Positions 1-7,226 of a stretch of 32,000 bases of DNA are shown here, one piece after another. Under the pieces are notes generated by a model that saw only the letters and a program-made list of their open reading frames with translations, did no database searches and was not told where the DNA came from. This DNA comes from Alkalilimnicola ehrlichii MLHE-1 (GTDB lineage Bacteria > Pseudomonadota > Gammaproteobacteria > Nitrococcales > Halorhodospiraceae): contig NC_008340.1 in the NCBI RefSeq assembly GCF_000014785.1, positions 270,001 to 302,000 of the forward strand, written 5' to 3'. Every line of letters starts with the position of its first letter. The stretch's first letter is position 1. A program made the position numbers and the translations under genes.

Positions 1-135
1 CCCGCTGCAAGCCCGGTAGCGCGCGGTGTCCAGGTCGCCGACCAGGTTGGCCAGTTGCCGGAGAAAATGGCGGTTATCGTCCACCAGGCTGACGGTGACG
101 GGATGACCGTTCCTACATGCTTGTTGATACCCCAT
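1..135 (-). CDS. Partial CDS, N-terminal 45 codons only (runs off the left edge); possibly a response-regulator receiver domain
   Basis: ATG at 135-133 with AAGGA about 8 nt upstream. The frame is open to nt 1 and reads MGYQQACRNGHPVTVSLVDDNRHFLRQLANLVGDLDTARYRACSG. The VSLVDDN start is receiver-like, but the fragment is too short to be sure. Confidence 0.3.
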   Translation of the reverse strand, partial: MGYQQACRNGHPVTVSLVDDNRHFLRQLANLVGDLDTARYRACSG

Positions 136-283
136 GACTTCATCCTTTGGCTGGGCAGGCGACCCGGCGGGGCCGCGTCGTGTCGGCAACCCCCGGGGCC
201 GGTGTCATCGCCTGCGCTGCAATGGGATTGACCTCCTTCTGCCCGGGCGGACGGGGGTCACAGGCGAATGGGGCGGGGCGGCT

Positions 284-595
284 TCAGTAGCCGCCCTCAC
301 CCTCGGCCTCGCCTTCCGCTTCTCCTTCGGCCTCACCTTCCGCCTCACCTTCCGCTTCGCCCTCGGCCTCGGCCTCCGCCTCACCGGCGGCTTCCGCCTC
401 GCCGACCGCGGCCTCGGCTTCGCCCTCGCCCTCCGCGGCGGCCATCATCTGATAGCCGCTATCGGCCACCGCGTCCGACATGACGGCGTGAATGCCGGCG
501 CCACCGCCGACAATCGCCAGAACGGGGACGGTGTAGGCGACACTGCGCGACAAGGTGCGCAGCAGTTGCTGACGGACTGTCTTTTCCTCACTCAT
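284..595 (-). CDS. Small (103 aa) single-TM protein with an acidic Gly/Ala/Glu repeat tail ending ...EGEAEGEGGY
   Basis: ATG at 595-593 is preceded by AGGAGG 4-5 nt upstream, the strongest SD seen in the window. The N-terminus is MSEEKTVRQQLLRTLSRS, followed by the hydrophobic segment VAYTVPVLAIVGGGAGIHAV and then about 50 aa of A/E/G repeats. Stop TGA at 286-284. The ORF-track start at 610 has no SD. Confidence 0.65.
   Translation of the reverse strand: MSEEKTVRQQLLRTLSRSVAYTVPVLAIVGGGAGIHAVMSDAVADSGYQMMAAAEGEGEAEAAVGEAEAAGEAEAEAEGEAEGEAEGEAEGEAEGEAEGEGGY
287..442 (-). repeat. In-frame 12-nt periodic coding repeat (GEAE tetrapeptide units)
   Basis: Repeated ggcctc(g/a)ccttccgc(t/c)tc units are visible on the plus strand. 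On the minus strand they translate as AAAEGEGEAEAAVGEAEAAGEAEAEAEGEAEGEAEGEAEGEAEGEAEGEGGY. Confidence 0.85.
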
Positions 596-694
596 ATTGC
601 CTCCTGTCACTCGGTTGCGGACCCACCCGCATTTTCGAAGATCATGACGACCTTCCTGGGTTCAGAATGACCCGGGAGTCCCCCGGGGAAGGGA

Positions 695-1120
695 TCACGC
701 ATCGTTTCCTTTTGCTAACAAGTAAAGGGCCACGAATAGCAGGCTGACCTGGAACATCATGCCGCCCATCGGGTGGGTCGCCGTTGGCAGAAAGTGCCAC
801 TGGCCCCAATGCGCCATGAAAATAGCGCCCAGAAGGACCGGCACGGTGGCCAGCGCACCCAGCCGCGTCACCCAGCCGTTGGTGAAGGCACCTACAACCA
901 CCAGGATGCCGGCGCTGATCTCCGCCAGCGCCACCAGCAGTGCGATGACCAGGGGGAGACCCATCATCTCCGCCCAGGGGCCGATGCCCGCGCCCAGGAA
1001 TTTGTCGACACCCATGTAGGTGAAGACAGAGAAGATCACCGCCCGGAGTAACCAATGGGCATGGCGCTCCACCGTCTGCAGTTCTGTGTTGGCCGTCGAA
1101 ATTCCGGTTGTCATAAGCAT
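695..1120 (-). CDS. doxX: DoxX family inner-membrane protein
   Basis: Internal ATG at 1120 (MLMTTG...). The protein has four hydrophobic segments and a DoxX-like pattern (HWLLRAVIFSVFTYMGVDKF ... LVALAEISAGILVVVGAFT ... LLGAIFMAHWGQ). The upstream part of the 210-aa ORF crosses a REP-like element and reads as non-coding. Confidence 0.75.
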   Translation of the reverse strand: MLMTTGISTANTELQTVERHAHWLLRAVIFSVFTYMGVDKFLGAGIGPWAEMMGLPLVIALLVALAEISAGILVVVGAFTNGWVTRLGALATVPVLLGAIFMAHWGQWHFLPTATHPMGGMMFQVSLLFVALYLLAKGNDA

Positions 1121-1170
1121 CTGTTGCCACCCTCTGTTGTTGGCTAAGAAAACGCTGAAGGGCCGCCTTT

Positions 1171-1248
1171 CGTCATTGCGATTGCCGCGACGTGTTGCCC
1201 GTAGTGGGGCGAATGGATTGCTTCGTCGCTTCGCTCCTCGCAATGACG
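1171..1248 (-). repeat. Solo REP-like palindromic element, a divergent relative of the arrays at 4.2, 9.6 and 25.8 kb
   Basis: Perfect 11-bp terminal inverted repeat: cgtcattgcga (1171-1181) and tcgcaatgacg (1238-1248). The reverse-complemented interior, gcgaggagcgaagcgacgaagcaatcc, aligns with gcgaggaggcgaagccgacgcggcagtc of the main family. Confidence 0.8.
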
Positions 1249-1349
1249 AGGTGTGGGAGCCCTTAACGTCCGATCCTTGATGCCTACAATAGAGGTGTGG
1301 GTCAGCGCCCGGTATCCGTAATAACACGCACTGCCGGGTGCACGGTTAA

Positions 1350-3839
1350 CTAGTTCGCTACTTTCTCCTTCCTCCCTTCCGGGTTGATCTCGCGCAGAAC
1401 GTCGTTCGCCGCACGGAGGGCGAGGTAGAGGTCGTCCCGATGCCCCACTGCGTAGACGGGTCGACCGGCCACCCAGTCGGCAAACTGTGACAGCGTTCGG
1501 CCATCCAGCCCGGTACCATCGTGGCGGGCCGTCTCCGGCAGCAGGTGGCCCAAGGCCTCGCGCAGGCCCAGCTGGCGGGCGATGCCCTGATCCCCGCTCG
1601 CGTCGTCGGGGGCGGCAATAAGGATCGCGGCCACCTCAACGGCATCGCGCGCCGGCGTGCCGGTCGCCGGCACCAGGTGGCCACGCTGGCCGAACCACCA
1701 AAGATGGGCAGTGGCGTCCGGCCCGTCGGGCTTTTCACCGGGCCGTGGGGTTGGCGCCGGCGTCGATGATCGTGGCTGGCGGAGCGGCAGCCCGAGGGAG
1801 CGGGCCCGGCCGCTGCCTTCCAGCGCAATGGCCGCGCCGCCGCTGGCGGTCTGGCCGTTCTCCCGGGCCAGGGCGAGGGCCAGGGCATCATCGCCGGTTG
1901 TATCGCCGCGGCAGACCAGCAGGGCGGCACCGGGATGGGACGGGCCGGCCGGGACCAGGGCGCCGGTGATCGCAATCTCCCCGACGTCGGGGGTGCGCCG
2001 CAACAGCGTCCGGACAAGCCAGGGGCCCAGCTCCGCAAGCCGCAGGTGCTCGGCGTCCACCTCACCGGCGATCAGCACGGTGTAGCCACGGCGCGAGCGG
2101 GCGATGTCCACCTCCAAGGCCTCCGCACCCGGTTCCGGCACAGCCAGCGGGGCCAGCAGCGGAAACAGCCGCCTTGCCGCCGGCTCGCTCCAAGTGCGCA
2201 GGTGCAATGCCTGCTGCCCGAGCCGCAGTGCCATGGCGTGGGGGGCATCGGCGGTGCGGGGTGCCGCGGCGCCAGAGGCGGAGGCTACGCCGTCCGCGGG
2301 TGTCTCGCAGGGCGCACCATCCGGGCATTGCACCAGCAGCCCCGCCTCGGCCCAGTCCGCCAGGGCCTCCCACACCTGTTGCTGTAGGGTGTTCGGGTCC
2401 GCGCCCTGCAGGGTCTGGTGCAATGCCGCGACGATCTCGTCCGGGCGCTTACCCATGGTGGCGTGCAGCCAGATGAGCGCGGCGGTGGGGTTGGTGGCGT
2501 AGAGCGCCTGGCGGGCCTCGCCGTAGAGGAGCAGTTCATCCCCGGAGATCACCTCCGCGACCTGCCAACGCTGCAGGGTGGGCCGGGCAACCGGTTGGGT
2601 GCTCAGGCCGTCGGCCAGCGCCACATCGGCGAAGCGGGGCAGCGGGAAACAGGAGAGGTAATGCGCCGCATCCGCGGCCGGCAGTATGCGCTGAAAGCCG
2701 CCGGCGTGGCGCGCCTCCCGCTCGGCCGCCGCGCGCCACTGGCCCACCGGGTCGTCGCCGGCGCCCTCGGCGGTGGGTTTCGGGTCGTTGAGGCCGGTCA
2801 TGGTTACCACGTCGGTCACCAGCCGGCGCTTGATGGCCGCCTCGATGTCGCCGCCATCCTCCGGCGCGGCGCACACGCCCAGCGACGGGCTGAGGTTGCA
2901 TTCCAGCAGCCAGGGCCGGATCCGGTCATCCACCAGGCAGTCCATGCCGATCAGCTCGTAGCAGCCCGCCTGATCCGCACCATGGTGCTGCAACTGGGCC
3001 CGCAGGTTCTCCCGTGCCGCGATCGTGGTCAGGGCCACAATGTCGCGCAACCGGTCGAACAGCGCCTCATCGTCGTGGCCCTGCTCGCGCAGCCAGTGGC
3101 GGTAACGCTGCAGGTCCACGAACACCACCGGGTCGTCGGCGGCCTCATTGAGCGCGTTGACGTCGGGGTTGGTGAGGTGGACGTAGGGGTTGTCGGCATC
3201 CTCCAGGCTGTAGGGCATGGAGGCGAGCTTGGCGAACCCCTGCTCATAGAGGTAGACCCGCAGCGGCTCCACCGAGGTGATCAGCACATAGAGGCGCAGG
3301 ACGTACTTGCGCTGGTTCATCAGGTGCGGCCGGCTGAGGTATTCCTGCACCATCCAGCGCTCGCCAGTGGGTACCTCGGCGACGTCCGAGACCAGCGAGA
3401 TGTCCTTGCCCCGTGCGGCGTTCTTGGGCTTGAGCAGCCAGCGCTTGTCGGGATGGGCGGCGGCGTGGGCCTGCAGGGCGTGGTAGTCGCCCGGCATGCT
3501 GAAGACCTGGGGCACGAAATCGGCCCGCGCCAGGTCCGGGTGCCCGGCGGGACGGCTGGCCACCAGGCGGCGCTGCAGGGCGTGCACGGTCTGGTAGAGG
3601 CGGCTTTTGACCGTCAGGCAGTTGTTGCCGGGGATGTGGTTGACGGTACGCCCGGGGCCGGTCTGCCGGAAGACCTCTTTGGGCGGCATGCCGGTGTACC
3701 AGCAGGCATCCCAGTGCTCGGCGTCCCCGGGTTGCCACAGGGCCGGGTCGAGCGCCTGCTCGAAAAAAATATCCTGCTCACGTTTACGCTTGCCGCCCAG
3801 CCAGAAACGGCGGGGTGCTGGGTTGGCGGATTCGGTCAT
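1350..3839 (-). CDS. 829-aa multidomain protein: N-terminal tubulin-tyrosine-ligase-family ATP-grasp domain, central PqqD-like (RRE) domain, C-terminal HprK-related kinase-like domain
   Basis: ATG at 3839 with GGGGGA 5 nt upstream. TTL motifs: WLLKPKNAARGKDISLV, MVQEYLSRPHL, RKYVLRLYVLITSVEPLRVYLYEQGFAKLA, HLTNPDVN, YELIGMDCLVDDRIRPWLLECNLSPSLG. The PqqD-like stretch is aa 421-505 (LYATNPTAALIWLHATMGKRPDEIVAALHQ...VWEALADWAEAGLLV). The C-terminal 290 aa resemble HprK-related kinases, but the P-loop position reads GDTTGDDA. Confidence 0.8.
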   Translation of the reverse strand: MTESANPAPRRFWLGGKRKREQDIFFEQALDPALWQPGDAEHWDACWYTGMPPKEVFRQTGPGRTVNHIPGNNCLTVKSRLYQTVHALQRRLVASRPAGHPDLARADFVPQVFSMPGDYHALQAHAAAHPDKRWLLKPKNAARGKDISLVSDVAEVPTGERWMVQEYLSRPHLMNQRKYVLRLYVLITSVEPLRVYLYEQGFAKLASMPYSLEDADNPYVHLTNPDVNALNEAADDPVVFVDLQRYRHWLREQGHDDEALFDRLRDIVALTTIAARENLRAQLQHHGADQAGCYELIGMDCLVDDRIRPWLLECNLSPSLGVCAAPEDGGDIEAAIKRRLVTDVVTMTGLNDPKPTAEGAGDDPVGQWRAAAEREARHAGGFQRILPAADAAHYLSCFPLPRFADVALADGLSTQPVARPTLQRWQVAEVISGDELLLYGEARQALYATNPTAALIWLHATMGKRPDEIVAALHQTLQGADPNTLQQQVWEALADWAEAGLLVQCPDGAPCETPADGVASASGAAAPRTADAPHAMALRLGQQALHLRTWSEPAARRLFPLLAPLAVPEPGAEALEVDIARSRRGYTVLIAGEVDAEHLRLAELGPWLVRTLLRRTPDVGEIAITGALVPAGPSHPGAALLVCRGDTTGDDALALALARENGQTASGGAAIALEGSGRARSLGLPLRQPRSSTPAPTPRPGEKPDGPDATAHLWWFGQRGHLVPATGTPARDAVEVAAILIAAPDDASGDQGIARQLGLREALGHLLPETARHDGTGLDGRTLSQFADWVAGRPVYAVGHRDDLYLALRAANDVLREINPEGRKEKVAN

Positions 3840-3983
3840 CGGTTCCCCCTGTTCAGCGAACGGCCGCAGCCACCTCGCGGCGCAATGATTACTGAAAGGC
3901 TAGGGGTGGGGCCGGGGGGGCGGTATGAGGGAAACTACGTATGACGGATCGCCGGGGTTGTGCTTGCCCACGGTGGCGGACAC

Positions 3984-4008
3984 AAAAAAGCCCGCCGGGG
4001 GCGGGCTT
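3984..4008 (-). terminator. Rho-independent terminator downstream of tRNA-Lys
   Basis: The minus strand reads agcccgcc-cccg-gcgggct followed by tttttt (plus strand aaaaaagcccgccgggggcgggct). Confidence 0.8.
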
Positions 4009-4055
4009 GAAGCTCGGTCCGGAGCACAGGAAACGGCTCCGGTTTTGTTGTTGTC

Positions 4056-4131
4056 TGGTGGGTCGTGTAGGACTCGAACCTACGACCAGCGGGTTAAAAG
4101 CCCGATGCTCTACCAGCTGAGCTAACGACCC
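4056..4131 (-). tRNA. tRNA-Lys (anticodon UUU)
   Basis: The reverse complement is GGGTCGTTAGCTCAGCTGGTAGAGCATCGGGCTTTTAACCCGCTGGTCGTAGGTTCGAGTCCTACACGACCCACCA. It is 76 nt with anticodon loop CTTTTAA, a GGTTCGAGTCC T-arm and an encoded CCA. It is nearly identical in layout to E. coli tRNA-Lys. Confidence 0.95.
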
Positions 4132-4207
4132 AAATGAGGGCGCAAATTCTAGCCGAAGCCGGTGGCCTTGGCAATCCTGGGTGTGCTGCCCGCCCCCACC
4201 GCCCCCA

Positions 4208-4437
4208 CCGTCACTGCGAGGAGGCGAAGCCGACGCGGCAGTCTACCGCCCTGGATCGCCACGGCGCTGCGCGCCTCGCGATGACGGGGGAAAGGCCTTC
4301 GGCCCTCGCGATGATGGCCACTCCCCCGTCACTGCGAGGAGGCGAAGCCGACGCGGCAGTCTACCGCTCTGGATCGCCGCGGCGCTGCGCGCCTCGCGAT
4401 GACGGGTGAAAGCCTTCGGCCCTCGCGATGACGAGGG
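4208..4437 (+). repeat. REP-like array A: two 80-bp palindromic units (4208-4287, 4326-4405), each followed by a short half-unit
   Basis: The unit is ccgtcactgcgaggaggcgaagccgacgcggcagtctaccgc(c/t)ctggatcgcc(a/g)cggcgctgcgcgcctcgcgatgacgg. Its ends are imperfect inverted repeats (ccgtcaCTgcgagg versus the reverse complement of cctcgcGAtgacgg). The half-units read aaagccttcggccctcgcgatga(t/c)g. Confidence 0.9.
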
Positions 4438-4466
4438 GGCGGCGCCTCCCGAGGATGGCCGTCACG

Positions 4467-5285
4467 TCACAGGCCGCGTTCGCGCATCAGCTCCAGGCGT
4501 TGCTCGGCCAGGCTGGCGGCGGTGGTGCCGCGGTGTTCGTTACGGGTGGCCTGAAGCAGCTCCCGGGCCTCGTCGTAGCGCTCCTGCTCGAAGCGGACGA
4601 AGCCGAGCTTGAGCTTGGCGTCGGCAGCCTTGTTGCTGTCCGGGTGGTCCGCCAGCAGCCGCTCGAACTCCTCGCCGGCGCGGTCGAACTCACGCTCGGC
4701 GTACCAGGTCTCGGCCAACCAGTAGCGTGCGTTGGCGCTGAACTCACCGTCCGGGTGATCGTCCAGTAGCGCCTCGAAGGCCTGACCGGCACGGCGGAAC
4801 CGCCCCTCGGTGATCAGCTGGAAGGCGGCCTGATAGCGGTCGGCCTCACTGCGGGCATCGGTGTCCGCCGGCGTGGTGGGGGTCTCATCCTCGATATCGG
4901 GCACCGGCACCGCTGCGGTGTCGGGGTCGTCATCGTGCGCCGGGTCCAGGTCCGGCACCGGGATCGCGGTATCGGCGGGCGGGGCCGGCGCCGGGGCGCC
5001 GCGGGCCAGCTCCTGCAGGCGCTCGTCCAGATCCAGGTAGTGGTCCTGCTGGCGCTCGCGGAGCTGGCGCACCTCACGGCTCAGTTCCTCCACCTGCCCG
5101 CGCAGTTCGCGGTTCTCCTGTTTGAGCCGCTCCAGGTCGTTCGCCATGTTGATCAGGGTGGAGCTCTCCAGTCGGCGCTCCAGCCGTTCCACCCGGTCTT
5201 CCAGGGCCTGGGCCTGCAGCGGGACGGCGGCCGCCAGGGCCGCCGCCACGCACATGCCCATCAGCCGTTTGCCGGCCTTCTGCAT
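4467..5285 (-). CDS. cpoB: Tol-Pal system protein CpoB/YbgF (coiled coil plus TPR)
   Basis: Start MQKAGKRLMG at 5285 with GGGAG 6 nt upstream. It has a signal peptide, a coiled-coil region (LERRLESSTLINMANDLERLKQENRELRGQVEEL) and a C-terminal TPR region (YQAAFQLITEGRFRRAGQAFEALL...ANARYWLAETWY). It is the last gene of the tol-pal cluster. Confidence 0.85.
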   Translation of the reverse strand: MQKAGKRLMGMCVAAALAAAVPLQAQALEDRVERLERRLESSTLINMANDLERLKQENRELRGQVEELSREVRQLRERQQDHYLDLDERLQELARGAPAPAPPADTAIPVPDLDPAHDDDPDTAAVPVPDIEDETPTTPADTDARSEADRYQAAFQLITEGRFRRAGQAFEALLDDHPDGEFSANARYWLAETWYAEREFDRAGEEFERLLADHPDSNKAADAKLKLGFVRFEQERYDEARELLQATRNEHRGTTAASLAEQRLELMRERGL

Positions 5286-5299
5286 GTGGGACTCCCGTC

Positions 5300-5854
5300 T
5301 CATTGACGATAGATGAGCTCGGCGCGCCGGTTCTGCTGCCAGGCCTCTTCATTGGAGCCCAGGGCGACCGGGTTTTCCTCGCCGTAGCTGGTGACCTCGA
5401 GTTGGTCCTCGTCGACCCCGTTGAGCACCATGATGCGCTTGACCGCCTCGGCGCGGCGCTCACCCAGGGCCAGGTTGTACTCGCGGCTGCCCCGCTCGTC
5501 GGTGTGGCCTTCGATGGTCATGCGCCGGTCCGGGTGACCGCTGAGGAAGCGGGCGTGGGCCTCGATGACCGGCATGTCCTCATTGCGGATCTCACTGCGG
5601 TCGAAGTCGAAGTACACGGTCTGGCGCGAGAGCGGCCCCTCGGGGTCATCCATCAGCGCGCTGATGAAGGGGTCGGAGGGGTCGAGACCGCGGGCGCGGG
5701 CCTCTTCCAGGCGCTGTTCACTCCAGTCCTCGTCGGCCATCCGCTCGCGGTCGCTGACCCGGCGGTCGTCGGTCTCCACGTCGGTGACGGTGGCGCAGGC
5801 GGCCAGGAACAGACCGGCGATAGCCAGGGCAATCCAGTTTTGCAGTTGCTTCAT
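5300..5854 (-). CDS. pal: Peptidoglycan-associated lipoprotein Pal (OmpA-like domain)
   Basis: Lipobox GLFLAAC. The OmpA-like C-terminus reads TIEGHTDERGSREYNLALGERRAEAVKRIM...NRRAELIY. It sits between tolB and cpoB. Confidence 0.95.
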   Translation of the reverse strand: MKQLQNWIALAIAGLFLAACATVTDVETDDRRVSDRERMADEDWSEQRLEEARARGLDPSDPFISALMDDPEGPLSRQTVYFDFDRSEIRNEDMPVIEAHARFLSGHPDRRMTIEGHTDERGSREYNLALGERRAEAVKRIMVLNGVDEDQLEVTSYGEENPVALGSNEEAWQQNRRAELIYRQ

Positions 5855-5918
5855 GTCATACTCCCTTACTTGAACGTCCTTGGTTCATGGTGAAGTGCCT
5901 GGTTCGGAGCGAATCCGG

Positions 5919-7226
5919 TTACCAGGCGGGTTCGCGGGTCAATCCGCCGGCGCGGGGCAAGGCCTGGTTGGCCCGGCCGTGCACGGAGACCGTGCGCAGC
6001 CTGGAGTCGCCGCTGCCACCGGCAGAGTACATGATCATATCGCCGTTGGGGGCGAATACGGGCGACTCATCCCACGGGCCGTCGGTGAGCACCCGGGTGC
6101 GGTCGCTCTCCAGATCGTGCACGGCGATGCGGAAGCTGCCGTTGTGCCGGTGCACCATGGCGATCCGCCGGCCGTCGGGGGACCAATTGGGCCGGGCGTT
6201 GTAGTCCCCGTCGAAGGTCACCCGTTCCACCCCGCCCGGGCCGTTCACCGCCAGGGTGTAGACCTGCGGCCGTCCGCCGCGGTCGGAGGTGAAGGCGATC
6301 CGCTCCCCGTCGGGTGAGAAAGTCGGCTCGGTGTCGATGGCCCAGTGGTCGGTCAGCCGGCGGACATGACCGTCGTCCAGCCGCAGCAGGTAGATGTTGG
6401 CACGCCCGTCCCGGGAGAGGGTGACGGCCAGGTGTCGCCCGTCCGGTGACCAGGCGGGGGCGCTGTTAATGCCGCGGAAGCTGGCGATCCGGTCGCGCTG
6501 GCCACTGCGCAGATTCTGGACGTAGATCTCGGAGCGACCGCCCTCGAAGGAGACGTAGGCCAAGCGGTCGCGCTCTGGCGACCAGGCCGGTGACATGATC
6601 GGCTGGCGCGACTCGAGGATCTCCCGCGGGCGCTGGCCGTCGGCATCGGCCACCATCAGCCGGTGGATGCGTTGGTCGTTGCGCTCTTCCACCTGGACAT
6701 AGGCGATCTGGGTGCCGAACACCCCGGGCAGACCCACTACCTCCTCGAAGACGATGTCGCTGATGGCGTGGGCCAGGCTGCGCAGGTTGTCCGGGTGCAG
6801 GCGGTAGCGCCGGCCCTCGATGCGGTTGCCGCGGAAGACGTCCAGCAGCTCGAAGGTGACCGAGACCCGGTGGCCGTCCATCTCCATCCGCCCGGTAACC
6901 AGGTAGTCCATGCCCAGGGCGCGCCAAGCCGAGAAGCGGGTGTCGTCCAGGCCGGCGGGGCGGGCCACCAGCTCCTCCCGGGGCAGGACCTCGAAGCGGC
7001 CGCTGCGCGCCAGGTTGTCGCTGATCACCCGGGCGATGTCCTGATCGGGGGTGGGAATTTCGCCGGTGACCGCAAAGGGGATGACGGCCACGGGCATGGC
7101 GCCCTCCTGGCCACCGATCACGTCGATGATGTCGTCGGCGTGGGCGGCCTGCAGCCCCACCAGCAGGAGGGCCAGGGTGCAAACGGTCTGGTAAAGGCGG
7201 CGCATGGCGTTACCTGTGCTGATCAT
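5919..7226 (-). CDS. tolB: Tol-Pal system beta-propeller protein TolB
   Basis: Signal peptide MRRLYQTVCTLALLLVGLQAAHA. Repeated propeller motifs are present (PAWSPDG, PTFSPDG, PNWSPDG). The start at 7226 overlaps the tolA stop as ATGA; an alternative start is at 7205. Confidence 0.9.
   Translation of the reverse strand: MISTGNAMRRLYQTVCTLALLLVGLQAAHADDIIDVIGGQEGAMPVAVIPFAVTGEIPTPDQDIARVISDNLARSGRFEVLPREELVARPAGLDDTRFSAWRALGMDYLVTGRMEMDGHRVSVTFELLDVFRGNRIEGRRYRLHPDNLRSLAHAISDIVFEEVVGLPGVFGTQIAYVQVEERNDQRIHRLMVADADGQRPREILESRQPIMSPAWSPERDRLAYVSFEGGRSEIYVQNLRSGQRDRIASFRGINSAPAWSPDGRHLAVTLSRDGRANIYLLRLDDGHVRRLTDHWAIDTEPTFSPDGERIAFTSDRGGRPQVYTLAVNGPGGVERVTFDGDYNARPNWSPDGRRIAMVHRHNGSFRIAVHDLESDRTRVLTDGPWDESPVFAPNGDMIMYSAGGSGDSRLRTVSVHGRANQALPRAGGLTREPAW

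Noticed and set aside
134-670. Plus-strand ORFs of 178 aa (134-670) and 71 aa (268-483, PRPRP-rich) across the GEAE repeat
   Set aside because: These are alternative-frame or antisense readings of a 12-nt periodic GC-rich repeat. They have no SD and an R/P/G-rich nonsense composition. The minus frame has a strong AGGAGG SD and a sensible N-terminal domain.
2418-3944. 508-aa plus-strand ORF and several 60-235-aa ORFs overlapping 1350-3839
   Set aside because: This is antisense or off-frame shadow of the TTL-fusion gene in high-GC DNA. The composition is V/G/A/H/R/Q-rich with no recognisable motifs.
3900-3971. 23-codon GTG ORF (MGKHNPGDPSYVVSLIPPPRPHP) upstream of the TTL gene, considered as a possible precursor peptide
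   Set aside because: It has no SD, a GTG start and a Pro-rich low-complexity product, and it lies between the tRNA terminator and the TTL start. There is no support beyond being open.
4134-4612. ORFs of 68-91 aa through REP array A, and similar ORFs at 9373-9720 and 25519-25985 (SLRGGEADAAVYRSGSPR... products)
   Set aside because: They are translations of the palindromic REP units. The same peptide recurs in both orientations wherever the repeat occurs, and none has a start context.
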